Shown in pieces: positions 11,288 to 22,825 of a stretch of DNA of 64,000 bases. The stretch lies in contig NW_026515680.1 of assembly GCF_025526975.1 (NCBI RefSeq), positions 62,001 to 126,000 on the forward strand, in the 5' to 3' direction. Under the pieces are notes generated by a model that made no database searches, was not told the DNA's origin, and saw only the letters and a program-made list of their open reading frames with translations. Within the stretch, counting starts at the first letter, position 1, and each line of letters starts with the position of its first letter. Both the position numbers and the translations under genes were made by a program. The stretch comes from Fimicolochytrium jonesii (taxonomy: Eukaryota).

Positions 11288-13507
11288 ATGTCGTGCTGCG
11301 GCAGCGCAAAGTGGAAGCGCGAGCAAATCGAAGACCACAAATTCGACCTCCTCGACGTCGAAGACTTTGTCGACAACTCGCTCTGGTCCCAAGTCCGCTA
11401 CTCCTTCGTCTTCGTCATGACACTCAAATCCGTCCTTCTCTACATGTTGGATCTGGGAACCGTCATCCTGCTCATCACAAACGTCATTACCTCGAAGGGC
11501 CACCAGGCCTGTGCGTCCGCCGCCAATTTCCTTGGTGACCCGGATGCCGACCCCTGTGCGCCGCTCAAGGATACGCAGAACTTTTTGGATTTCCCGATCG
11601 AGGGGCATATTCGGTTTGCGCTGATTTTGTCGACGACTGTGCTATCGTACTTGTTGTTGGCGTGGGAGTGGAAGAAGGGGATGGCCATTGTAAAGTCGAA
11701 GGATATCTCGTATGCGTTTACGAATACCGTCGCTTATAGGTACGTTGTTTTTTGTGCCAGACAATGGGATGAAGCGCAGAGTAGATGGCTGACATGGGGC
11801 ACTCCATTCGACAGGTACTATGTCGTTCGATCGTACGGCCACTTCTGCCTCTTCACGACTATCGAAGGCACGAGGCGGATGATCGATGAGCTGGCGTTCT
11901 GGGTCTTCTTCACCTTCCGCGGCTGGAAACGTCTCTTGCTTTCCGATTTCCCTCGTCAATTCCTCAACTTCTTGCTCATCTGGGAGGTGTTTTCACAAAC
12001 CATGAATTACTATACGGATCCGAAAGTCGTCAATGCGGATTTTCGCGGCTTTTGCGAATCGGAAAATCCCAACGTCCCCTGCGTCTTCAAGAACAGGAAG
12101 AACCTTTCGACCATGAATGCCTTCACAATCTCCGCCAATTACATCCTCATCAGTGCATCCGCGTGGAAGACTACTTCCCCGTCTTTCATTCGGACGCCGT
12201 TGATCTGGACGTCCATGATCACGGTGTTGATCTGGTCCATCTCGTTCCTGATGACGATTGTCGCTGCTCTCATTTATATCCCGCTGTTGATGAAGATTCG
12301 TGGGAATCTGAAGGAATATTGTTGCCATAAAGTGGACAAGAGGTAAGTTGAGCTGTAGCTCGGTTGGGGCCGTTGGAGAAATGCGTCTGTTACCCGTTGA
12401 AAAATCATTATGCTTCCGATTCTTGGAGACAACCTTCTAAACACCGCCATTCTTTCATCTTCCCTGTTCCCGCACATCCTCATCAGAATCGACGAGATCC
12501 TCAAGAAAAAGTCCCGCAAGCGCGCCGAGGCAGCCCGCAAAAAGGAAGAAGACGACCTGAAAAAGTACGGCAAGTCCTCTGGGCCCCGCCCGACGCTCCC
12601 GACCGTCGACCTGGACGTCATGTCCAACGCCAACTACTCCTCCTCCGGCTACAACGACTCGGGCAGCACGCTCTACCGCGGCGACATGGGGACCGCACTG
12701 TACGACCAGAGCTACGCGGCCTTACCCCCGCCGCCAGGGCCCGGAAGCGCGTACGGCGGGAGTAATGGCGGCAGCAGTAGCCTGCACGGCTCGCAAGCGT
12801 ATGGCCGTCGTCAGCCGTCGCCGTTACCGCCCATGCCCAACCCGTACGTTCGTGCGCTGGCGCACAATGCGCCCGGGAGTGGGGCTGGATACGGTGGCCA
12901 GCCCGTGCAGGAGATTCGGGTGGGGGATTCGATGTACGATCAGGCGGATATGGCGTCGGAGTATGGAGGTAGTCAACCTGCGAGCCATTACAGTGGTGGG
13001 AACGCGGGAGGGCCACCTGTGTCAGCGGCGGGAAGTGGGTTTGCACCGCCCATGAACAACAACTATGCGCATCACCCGCATCCACAGCCCCACCCAGGCC
13101 AACACCCGGGATACTACCGCAGCATGACCCCCCAGCAGCAGACCCGCTCGCCATCGCCATACTACGCCAACTCATCCGGCGCAGGTAGCGGTAGCGCACC
13201 CGGCTCAGCAGTCCCAGCACCCTTATCGGCGGCGGGATCCAACGTCGACCGATACGCCATCCCCCCACCGTCGTCACACCTCGCGCACGAAATCCACGAC
13301 GACCGTCATCACAACGGCGGTCACGACGAGGACGATTACGGATACGATCAACGGAGCGAGGGATACACGGGTGGTAGTGGGCGGCCAGCTCACCATCAGT
13401 CGGTGTACTCTGACTATGCGTATGGGAGCTATGCGGGTGGAGCGCCGGAGTATGGGGAGTACCGGGAGGCGGAGCATCCGAGGGAGCAGGGATATGGCAG
13501 GCGGTAG
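11288..13507 (+). CDS. Fungal KCH-family (Kch1/Kch2-like) membrane protein / low-affinity K+ transporter
   Basis: N-terminal KWKREQIEDHKFDLLDVEDF, DISYAFTN, YYVVRSYGHFCLF, LAFWVFFTFRGWKRLLL..PRQ, YIPLLMKIRGNLKEYCCHKVDKR|IDEILKKK, then RPTLP and a G/S/P/Y-rich tail. Confidence 0.88.
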
Positions 13508-13780
13508 GGAGTGGGACTGGACTTGAACTTGCGTATGTAGAGTTTTACGGCGTATTGGTGTTAGACGACTTCTGCCCCATCAATTTCCCTCCTTTCAACA
13601 TTCATCTTTCACTTCTTTTCCCCCACACATACATATCCGCTTTGATCAACACTCATTCCACCCCTCGTTCTTCTGTTTACTCTGAACGGGATCTGTACTC
13701 TCCCTTGTCCTTTTGTATATAATGAATCATATGAGGTGTGCTTACCACACGGACTTGGGCAGGCCGGGCGTGACTAAGAA

Positions 13781-13867
13781 TGGGTAACTCGTGCTAAATG
13801 TGGGTAGCTCACCTCCAGAATAAGCTAACCCTAACCCGAGTTACTCACATTTAGCACGAGTTACCCA
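13781..13867. repeat. 30-bp inverted repeat with 27-nt spacer (hairpin or miniature element)
   Basis: tgggtaactcgtgctaaatgtgggtagctc (13781-13810) versus gagttactcacatttagcacgagttaccca (13838-13867), 2 mismatches. Confidence 0.85.
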
Positions 13868-14152
13868 CTTCTAACCATCCTCTCTCAAGTGCTCGGAACG
13901 GTTGTGAACGGTTTCAAACGGCCGCGAGTGTTTTACTACAGTTCGAAAGCAGGTGGCGTTTCAGAGTGGGTTGGATGTTTCAAGGAGTCTTGCGGCTTAC
14001 GCGATGAACTGGCCATTGGCAATTGGGGAGCGCCTCATTTGGGCCTCCAACGGCTTGTTTGAACGGCAATGATAATGGCTTGATCGGCCTCAGCGGAAAT
14101 AGAGGTCATCGCAACTACTGCCAAAGTCACTGTCGCAAATAGACCCCAGATA

Positions 14153-14173
14153 CCCCCCCCCCCCCCCCCCCCC
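14153..14173 (+). repeat. Poly-C tract followed by GA microsatellite in the ABCA 5' region
   Basis: Run of ~21 C, with (GA)n at ~14210-14229. Confidence 0.9.
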
Positions 14174-14316
14174 ACAACCACAACCACAGAGGCATAGAGC
14201 GAGCGATACAGAGAGACAGAGAGAGAGAGTTCTCACTGCACTCATCACGCATCCGCAGTGTCACCTTAGTGCCGGGGCTTTAGAGTAGAGAGAGCCACGC
14301 TGATAAGTTGGGGGCA

Positions 14317-17300
14317 ATGTCGCGTTTATACGACGACCCTAGTCGAACCAACTACCCGCCGCCACAGCAGCAGCAACAGCAGCAGCAGCAATACCAACAG
14401 CAGCAAAGCGGCCAGCATGCGTACGAGCAGCACCAGCAAATACAGCAGCCCGAGGGAAGTCCTCGACCACAACGGCAGCGGTCGGACCGCCAGAGAGAGG
14501 AGCAGCCGCAGCAATTTCAGCGGCCGTTCAATGTAGATGACTATCCGGAGGCGAGAGGGAGGGGGGTGAATGACGGGATGGGTTATGGCGGTGGTGGGTA
14601 TGCGCCGGGGCCTATACCGATGGAGCAATATCAGCAGCAGCAGCAGCATCCTCATCATCAAGGAGGGCAAGGGCACTGGCGGTCGGTGGACGATGCGAGA
14701 CAACCTCGACGCGACGGCAGCAACCCAGGCCCAGCAGCAGCCAACCCAGCTGAGATGGAAGAGTACCGCGAACAAGAGCGCAACCGCCGCCGCCAACGCG
14801 AGCAGCAGCAGCAGTGGCGACAGCGCCCACGCCGGCCGGAGGAGGAGGATGTGGTGTTTTATGAGGATGTCGCGCAGCCGCCGCCACCGCCGGGGTTTTA
14901 TCGGCCCTATGGGGATGCGAGGCCGCCACCGCAGCCTGTATGGCAGAACTCGTATCCGCAGCCGCAACATCATCAGCACTATCAGCAGCAGCAGCAGCAG
15001 CAGCAGCAACAGCAACAGGGAGGATGGGCCAAGGGTCCTGTCCCGATGTTAATGGCAGGAGCGAGGCCCGGGTACCCACCAGAATATGGACCGAACGCGA
15101 TGATGCGGTCCATGTCCTCACCGGCGTTGCGTACAGACGATCTTCGTGGACAGGGATGGGGGAATCAGCACTCTGCGCCGGTCGTCGATGCATACCCCAT
15201 GGAACCACTACGGAACGGGCGATCGATCCATGGTCGCGCGAGAGACATGCCGGCTTCTGCACCCACATCACCCATACAGTCACGCCCACCTCGCGCGCAA
15301 CGGCCTCAACAGCCGCAGCAGGTTCACCCGGAACCCAGCACCCCACCATCCGAAAAGAACATGAACCTGAGCCGCTCCATGAGCACAGACCCGCTTCTTG
15401 ATGCCAGCATCGATTCCATGGCGCAACCCATACCCGCCGGCTCTCCCGCCGGCATGAAGAAACCATCAGCATACCCGCAGAAACCGGTCCTGGGAGCGTT
15501 GACCATCAGCGACTCATCGCCTCGCGTGGACCCCGTGCGACGGAGCTACCAGGTCCGCGCGCTGGTCCGCAAAGCCGTCAGTTTCCAGCGGCGACAATGG
15601 TTCACAAACGTGTGTTGCATTGCGCTGTGTCCGTTCGCTATGGTCTTCACATCGGCGCTGGTGGGGATGATTGTGCGCTCTATCGTGAGGAATCAGGTCA
15701 CGCCGTTTGACGTTGTGTACTGCTCGAATCTGCCGAGTATCAATGAACAGGCATGGCCCATCTTCAACCTGGGCGCAGCGGAGGGGATAAAGCTGACACA
15801 GGCGAAGGAGGTGCCTGGGACCACCAGGATAACGAAACATGCCAATTTCTTCAACCTGCTGCAGTTGGTCACCGTGGACGCGGACGTGAGCGCGTTGACA
15901 CAGTTGGGCGCGCAGGCGGTCTTCTCAACCATCCCGTGCGTCAATTGGTTTGGGGAGGGATACCCACGCAGCTCCACGGACCCGTACGCGCGGCCGTCGC
16001 TGAAGATCAAAGATGGGAATACATATGCGAATAAGGACGCAGGGTACGTCAACGAGATTGCTCGCGGGTGGCTGGACCTTTTCCGCCCGGACATTCTCGT
16101 CAACGCCCCGGAAGCCAACCAGGCTATCAGTATGGGTCCGCAGTTCCTTCAGACGCAGATGCGGCCCTGGGCCCTTGTCGGCGTCGCGCCGGGCGTCAGT
16201 GCGCAGTTGGTCGGGACAGCGCCTATGCAGCCTGCGTTGAAGAATTTGACGGATATACCGGCTTCCATAGCGGGAGCCCCACCGGCGTCCATGTTCAACC
16301 CGGGCACGACAGCGAACGGAATGCTCGACACGATCGAGCCGCGATGGTTTGTCGATTTCGACGTAGACACTCGCTCCATCGGCGGATTACAACAGGTCCC
16401 CTACTTCGAAAGCATCAATACAGCGGGGCCTACCACCACTGCATCCCTCTCATCCCAACTCAACGCTCAAATCCGCGCCCGTCTCGAACGCGTCACATCC
16501 AACCTCACCACAATCGACGAATCCGCCATCCTCACCTCCAACCGCAACTCCCTCGACGTTGCAAAATTCCTCCTCAAACTCAACCGCATCCTCGCCGACA
16601 TGCCCTACGCCTCCATCCTCTTCACCACCATCGACCACACACTCAAAAAATACGCATATACGCTCGGGATCGGTTCCGATAATCGCTTAGCTGCTACCGC
16701 GGTCTTCCCCACCCCCGGCCGCCGCCAACTTTTGCAGCTTTCCCAGTTGTCGAACGCGATATTGAGGACGAGTAACCCGAACCTGGGGGACGCGGTGATC
16801 ACGCAGGGCACGCGGCAGTTTCCGACGGTGTCGAGTGGGGGCATTGATTTGAGTATCAGTAAGAGTATTGGACGGGTGTTGTTTCCGTTTGGGTTGTCGT
16901 TCTTGGTGCCGATTTTTACGCTGGTGCTTGTGAGGGAGAAGGAGAATAGGGTTTTGATTATGATGCGGATGGTACGCAGCCTTATAGTCTCAATCTGTTT
17001 GCGGGTGTCCGCACCTCCTTTGTCTTGACTCGATCTACTCACACCGCCTTCCCACTCCCAATCGCAGAACGGCCTCCGCCCCCAGCTCTACCTAATCTCC
17101 CAATACCTCACCTTCTTCGTGCTATACATCATCTCGGCCGGCATCTTCCTTGCCTCGGGCGCCGCGACGGGTCTGGAGATGTTTACAAAGACGAATGCGC
17201 TGGTGCTGGTTGTGCTGTTGTTGTTGTGGGGCGCTGTGCAGGTTGCCCTGGCGCTGTTTTTTGCGAGTTTTTTCAATCGGAGTCAGAATGCGCTCTGTAA

Positions 17301-18958
17301 GTTTCTTTATGTGCAGGGTCTCTTTGGAGGCATTGGGGCGTCATTTTCTTGTTTTTTTATCAACTGTCTTCGTCCCCTACCACAGTGATCACATTCTTCA
17401 TTATCCTCTGCGGCGTCATCACCTCCATCGCCGCCAACCAGATCTCGACAGAGGTCTTGTCCATCTTTTTCATATGGCCCCCGTTTGCGTTCTATCGCTC
17501 GCTCGATGTGTTGAATGACGCCGCTTCTACGCCGGGGAAGAGGGTGAGTTTGGAGGGAGTGTGAAAAACAGTTGACATCTTTTGTGGTCGGTTCTGGATC
17601 CAGCGTTCTGACTCTAGTGTTTTGATTGAAATTCCTAGCCGTACACGTTCAGGCAGCTCAAACCTGGTGATGAGGTGTTCACCGCCATGGTCTTCATGGC
17701 CGCCGAGACGGTGTTCCTCGTGCTGATAACGCAGTACCTGACCGCCGTACTACCGTCGGAGTTTGGCGTGCCCAAAAAGTGGCACTATCCCATCAGCAGC
17801 CTCTTTGGAAAAAAGCGACAATCTCCGTCAATTCCTTCCTCCTTCGCTACCATACAGCGTACACAGCCGAAAACGGGAGAAGTCAAGGACAAGGAACAAG
17901 AGCGGGAAGACGACGACGTGCGCGCCGAACGAGTCCGCGTCGAAACCAACGCATATTCACCGGACTGCCCGCTCGTCATCCGCGGCCTGCACAAGGCCTA
18001 CAAACCACGACACGGCCTAGGTGCCAAAATCGCATTGCACGACATCCACATGGCGTTGGAACCCTCAGAGGTGTTTGGCCTGCTCGGTCCCAACGGTGCG
18101 GGGAAAACCACGCTGATCTCCATCCTCACTGGGCTGTACACCCCGACCCGCGGGACCGCGTACGTCGGCGGCTACGACATCACCACGGATATCGACCATG
18201 TTTATCGTCTCATCGGGGTCTGTCCGCAGTTCGACCTGCTGTGGCCCGAACTCAGCGTCCTGGACCACCTCCTCTTCTACGCGCGTCTGAAAGGCGTGTC
18301 ACCCTCCGAAGAGTCGCGCGTTACCCGCAGCGTGCTGGAACAGGTCAAACTCCAACAATACGAATCCCGGCTCGTGAACGGACTCAGCGGCGGTGAAAAA
18401 CGGCGATTGTCCATCGCTATCGCACTCATCGGCAGCCCCCGCGTCGTCTTCCTTGATGAACCCACCACGGGTCTCGACCCCGAAGTCCGCCGTGTGGTAT
18501 GGGACGTCATCGACGCCGCCCGGCGCGCGCCGCAACAGCCTACCATCGTGCTCACCACGCACTCCATGGAGGAAGCCGAAACATGTTGCCAACGGCTGGG
18601 TATCATGTCCCGCGGCACGCTCACCTGTATCGGGCCCCAGCTGCGGTTGAAGAAGCTGTACGGGTCCGGGTATAAGTTGTTTGTCACGTGCGACGCCAAA
18701 CGCGCGCTGGACGGCGCGATCGCGACGATCGAGCAGCGGATCCTTGCTCGCGCGCCGTGGTTTCAACGGCTGGTGGATGTGGGTGTTGTGGGCGTTGGGG
18801 GCGCGAGCGCGGCGTGGGTGTTTGTGCCGGCGCCGGGGATGGTGTCGAGGGTGATGGCGGCTGTTACGCGGCTGCAGGGGGTGGTGGATTGGGGGTTGAG
18901 TCAGCGGGGGTTGGATGATGTGTTTTTGAATGTTGTGGGTGGGGATGAGGAGGTTTAG
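14317..18958 (+). CDS. ABC transporter subfamily A, half-size (TMD with large ectodomain + one NBD), with long Q/P-rich N-terminal extension
   Basis: QVRALVRKAVSFQRRQ before TM1, LVREKENRVLIMMRM|NGL, VLPSEFGVPKKW, EDDDVRAER, Walker A GPNGAGKTT, GVCPQFDLLW, signature LSGGEKRRL, Walker B VVFLDEPTTGLD, LTTHSMEEAE, LKKLYGSGY, GLDDVFL. Confidence 0.93.
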
Positions 18959-19483
18959 GGGGAAGCAACTGGACTGGCAACTGAAGCCGTTGTTACTCGT
19001 TACCATGTGAAATTCTTTTTTTGGGGACCTTTCCTTCGGCTTGACGTACGCTCCTACGTTATCCCACCTGTACATAGAATATGATATCACAGCACACCAG
19101 AATCTAAAGGCAATGTTCGATAGGGGTACAGCTGAGGTGCTGGTGCTCTCCTTTCGTATGGATCTATGTTTGCAGAATCAAAGCTCTACAAGTTAAAGGA
19201 GCAATCTGCAAGCCAAGGACCTCTCTCTGAAGGTGTTGTTCATTCAATTTCAAGAAGAATGCGCGAAGCATGCAGAAGATGTGACATGTGTTTCTCCAAA
19301 AATGATATTGAAAATGTATACATAAGAATTTCCACTCGAAAGGTGTAAGGACTAAAAGCCCTCGCCGAAGGTAAGATGCTGCATCGCACCGTTCCAGTGT
19401 ATGCGGTGGAGTCGACCTAGTTGACGACCTAGTTGACGATAGGAACGGATCGGCAAGCAACAACGACAAACAATTTCTCAACC

Positions 19484-19930
19484 TCAAGCCTCGCCCTTCT
19501 TCGCATTGGTAACCTTCTGCGGCTCCACAAAGCTCAACCCCCTATCCGCATGCCAATCGCCGCCCTCCCCAGGGTCCCTCCCCTCGTTAATACGATCCAC
19601 CGTCGTGCCCACATTGTTGTTCATAACCTCATACCCCTGCATATCCCTCTCGAAATGATCCTTCGCGCGCGCATCCTTCACGTCCGCGGCCGATTGCGTC
19701 GCGTTCTCGTGCCGCCAGTTGGGCCAGTCGTGGAGGTGTTCGGCGGGGGTGTTCTTTTCACGTTGCGGGATGGTTGAGGGATGTCCGACGTCTTCGGGGG
19801 CGGGCGGGTTGGAGAAGGTATCGGTGTTGCCGTGGTGTTGGGTGAGTTCGGCGATTTTGGAGCCGATCACCGAGTTGCCGTTGTCGGTGATGTCGTTTTT
19901 GCTTTGGCTGGTTCCACCGAAGAGGAACAT
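19484..19930 (-). CDS. Small hydrophilic hypothetical protein (148 aa, intronless)
   Basis: MFLFGGTSQSKNDITDNGNS...KKGEA*, with strongly C-biased codons, an A/C-rich leader and aaagATG context. No family recognised. Confidence 0.7.
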   Translation of the reverse strand: MFLFGGTSQSKNDITDNGNSVIGSKIAELTQHHGNTDTFSNPPAPEDVGHPSTIPQREKNTPAEHLHDWPNWRHENATQSAADVKDARAKDHFERDMQGYEVMNNNVGTTVDRINEGRDPGEGGDWHADRGLSFVEPQKVTNAKKGEA

Positions 19931-20748
19931 CTTTGCGAGGTTTAGTTGTTGAGGTTTGGGGTTTGTGATTGGTTGTTGGTCTCCACGTAGATCAGATGGC
20001 CCAGTTAAAAGTATTCTTCGCTCGAGGTTTGATTCCAGAGATGTAGACATTCAGCTCTCTACGCCCGAAGACAAACCCAAGCGCTTTATGTACTCGTAAC
20101 CCTTCACCATTGCTTTTCCGCAACTTTCCATAATAGAGCGTCGCAATAAACGGGGGGAAGATCATCCCTTCATTCAGGGATGCATGTGGCTTGGCTCCCC
20201 ACGCGCAATACCGCATTAGCCGCCCATATGCAGCCCGAACATAAAGTCATCCTCAGGTATTGGGGGGTTATCCCTGGCAATAACTCCGGGAATCAATACA
20301 AGCCGACGGGGCAGTGCAACCAGCATGGCGAGTTGTCATGACGGAAAATACTCCAAAATGAAGGGCACTGTCGAAAATGTCGAAAGGCGACGCGCTGTCA
20401 ATGTGATGTCACCGAGCGGAGCTTTTCCGCTTTCTGCGTTTCTGGCTTTTTTGTCGCCCGTGGGATTCGACGAGGAGGGAATGAAGGGCATGCACTTCGG
20501 GAATAGCGGCGTCCAGCAATCTGGTTGTTAGAGGATGTTCGATTATGTCCCACAGACTGAGGAAGTGTGTATTCACGAACCCGAACGGAACAGTGTACGG
20601 TATTATATGACATATGAACCGTCTGAGTGAGGTACGGAGGACAGGCGACTTGTGCTGTGATATTTCAATCGCTCTCGGTGAGATTCATCAACCAGTTGTC
20701 CTTCATGCCGTCGTGATGGTCCTCGTAATGAGGCAGGAGAGAAACGAA

Positions 20749-20965
20749 AATGAAGTGCCATCGAACGTTCGTCGAAGATATTGAGAACTCCCCGAATTGG
20801 ACCATGCCTGGGAACATGCCTGGAGACCAATTTTTCCACTGAAAAAAAGCAGTGGAAAGACGATTTCGGGGCTTGCGAGGAGTTGGAAAGGTAACAGGAT
20901 ATGACATCCTCACCTGTAAGAGCCAACGGCCACATCGCTCCAACGATCATGCCCATGGACCCAAG
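20749..20965 (-). pseudogene. Degenerate paralog fragment of the 7TM gene at 22826-24494
   Basis: Exon 20965-20914 encodes GMIVGAMWPLALT with only synonymous changes relative to the + gene and the same GTGAGG donor. Downstream GVLNIFDERSMALHF resembles RVLNILDGRSAALF. No intact later exons found. Confidence 0.7.
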
Positions 20966-22825
20966 CTATAAATGATCTAGCGCCAGCAACCGCCGTACAA
21001 GATGCGAACGCATTTTCGCAAAGGCTACGAAGTGTGTGGCACTCCACTCTGGATGTCGATGCTTGCAACGCAAGAGAGTACTCGGCAAGAATCCACTGCA
21101 CACCCGCAAATCGCGGCGTGCATCGCACAAACCCTGCGTACAATAGACCACACGGCGCATAGCATGCTCCCAGGTAAGGTCCTCGGCGTCGAAGTCCGGT
21201 TAGGTGCTGCTATTATCTTTGTATCGGCGGAGTGTATACTTTGCGTAGAAAGTAACTTCAACTTGCTTGACTCAGCCTTTCCCGAAATGTCAGCGAGCTC
21301 TCCTCAGCTCACAGCGATGGTACCATGTTTTCCGATGCGGTTATCTTCATTGTCTCAAGTTCCCACTGTGGGTTGGATTTTGACATCATCAACCCGCCGC
21401 CGGGCATCAAAGCTATTCCAAAGCCGAGCAGGTACATAGATGCGACTAGTTTACCATCACCTCCCTTAGTTTTAGATGGCGCGCCTGTTACCTAGTGCAT
21501 CGCCTTTATGCGACTCGCCTCCGCGTTGGTCGCGCTGTAGGAAATGGTGAATGCGGGCCGTGCTGTGACATAGCGTGTCGGGGCTTGAGAAATTACTACT
21601 AAAGAGGATCAATTGTAAAGCTCTTGTCACCCAGCCGTGCCGCTTGGAGTCCACTTCCTCCCTCTGCAGATCCTCCACTGATGAAGGAGATCCCTTTTTT
21701 TGCCGGACATACCTTGGGGGCGCATTCCTCCTTCAGCTGAGCAGACTGTACTCGCGGTGCGATGACCAGAGGCGTTGATGACCTGGAGACTGCCCACGAA
21801 GTAAACGGCGTAAGGGGGGAATAGTGACTTTAAATGGCGGGCGAGCTTGCACCCCTTAGCCAAAAATTCTGCCTCCTTGGTTGTCCGTTTATGCTGAGGA
21901 CACGCCTGCCGACGCGTGAGAGCTTCCACTCCAACTCCGCTTTATGTAAGCAATATGGACAGCAATTCGACAGGACTTTCGGAGCCCTGTCAGACTGAAA
22001 ACTGAGCTAAGTGCGACGCCTGGCATCGTCTGCCACGTTTTAACCTTAATTCACAACCGAATTCTTTGGAACAGATCGCTAAGCTCGCCACCAAACGCAA
22101 ACCGAAATAGCGCCTCGCTTCCCGCGAACACGCCTCAACTATGCTATGGGCACATGGAAACGACCACCAAATGTCGAGATGAGGCTTATTAACGACATGT
22201 TAACTGCTTGAAGCTAAACAGTGCGCCATCAAGCCAACTACGGCTATACCCTAACTAGAATGCAGGCTCCCTCGGGTGGGTCTCATATCTTACGCCCACA
22301 GTGTGCATTGCATGGTCCCAACTGAAATCCATTCGCTCCATTTTCTCCAACAGCGCCATCTTCAACTGCTCGATCTTTCGCCCAACCGCTTTCTCTTCCC
22401 CAGCTGCTCTCAGCTGCTCCTTGTTCTTCTGAGATTTTTCTCGGAATCTAACGTCGTTAGTATAGCAAGTTTGTGTGAACTTCTCTTCCCCCGTCAGCTG
22501 CACAACCCCAGTCAGAAATGGACTGCGTTTCGTGTTTGGGAAATGCCACCATCTTGGCGCTCTGTGCGCAAAATCCTCGAGTCCAGGTGCGTCTCTCTCA
22601 ATTCAGTGTACCCTGGGTGTGAGACGACGGTCTTGGGGATGGGGAAGCATTGAGGAATCGCACTCGGGAGAACGGCCGGCTCACTTCATCTCTCACTTCC
22701 GATTCTCAATCCATACCTGGTCCCCTTTCCCCCGTCGTACTGTGGTTGCCCACATTCTCTATTCCCCCACTAAACCATTGCGATTGCGGCAAACTCGCAC
22801 AAAGGCGGCAGTGGCAGTGCCGTAC

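Noticed and set aside
13825..13837. CTAACCCTAACCC as a telomere
   Set aside because: Only two units, internal; noted only as the spacer of an inverted repeat.
14326..15472. Long antisense and alternate-frame ORFs over the ABCA N-terminus (also over URA5, RRP7, PPR)
   Set aside because: Shadow ORFs from GC-rich codon bias and CAG repeats, with no independent protein features.
19411..19439. 12-bp tandem duplication gacctagttgac
   Set aside because: Simple short slippage duplication in a 3' region.
21400..22503. Minus-strand ORF fragments, one coiled-coil-like
   Set aside because: Interrupted by stops with no recognisable domain; cannot be called gene or TE.
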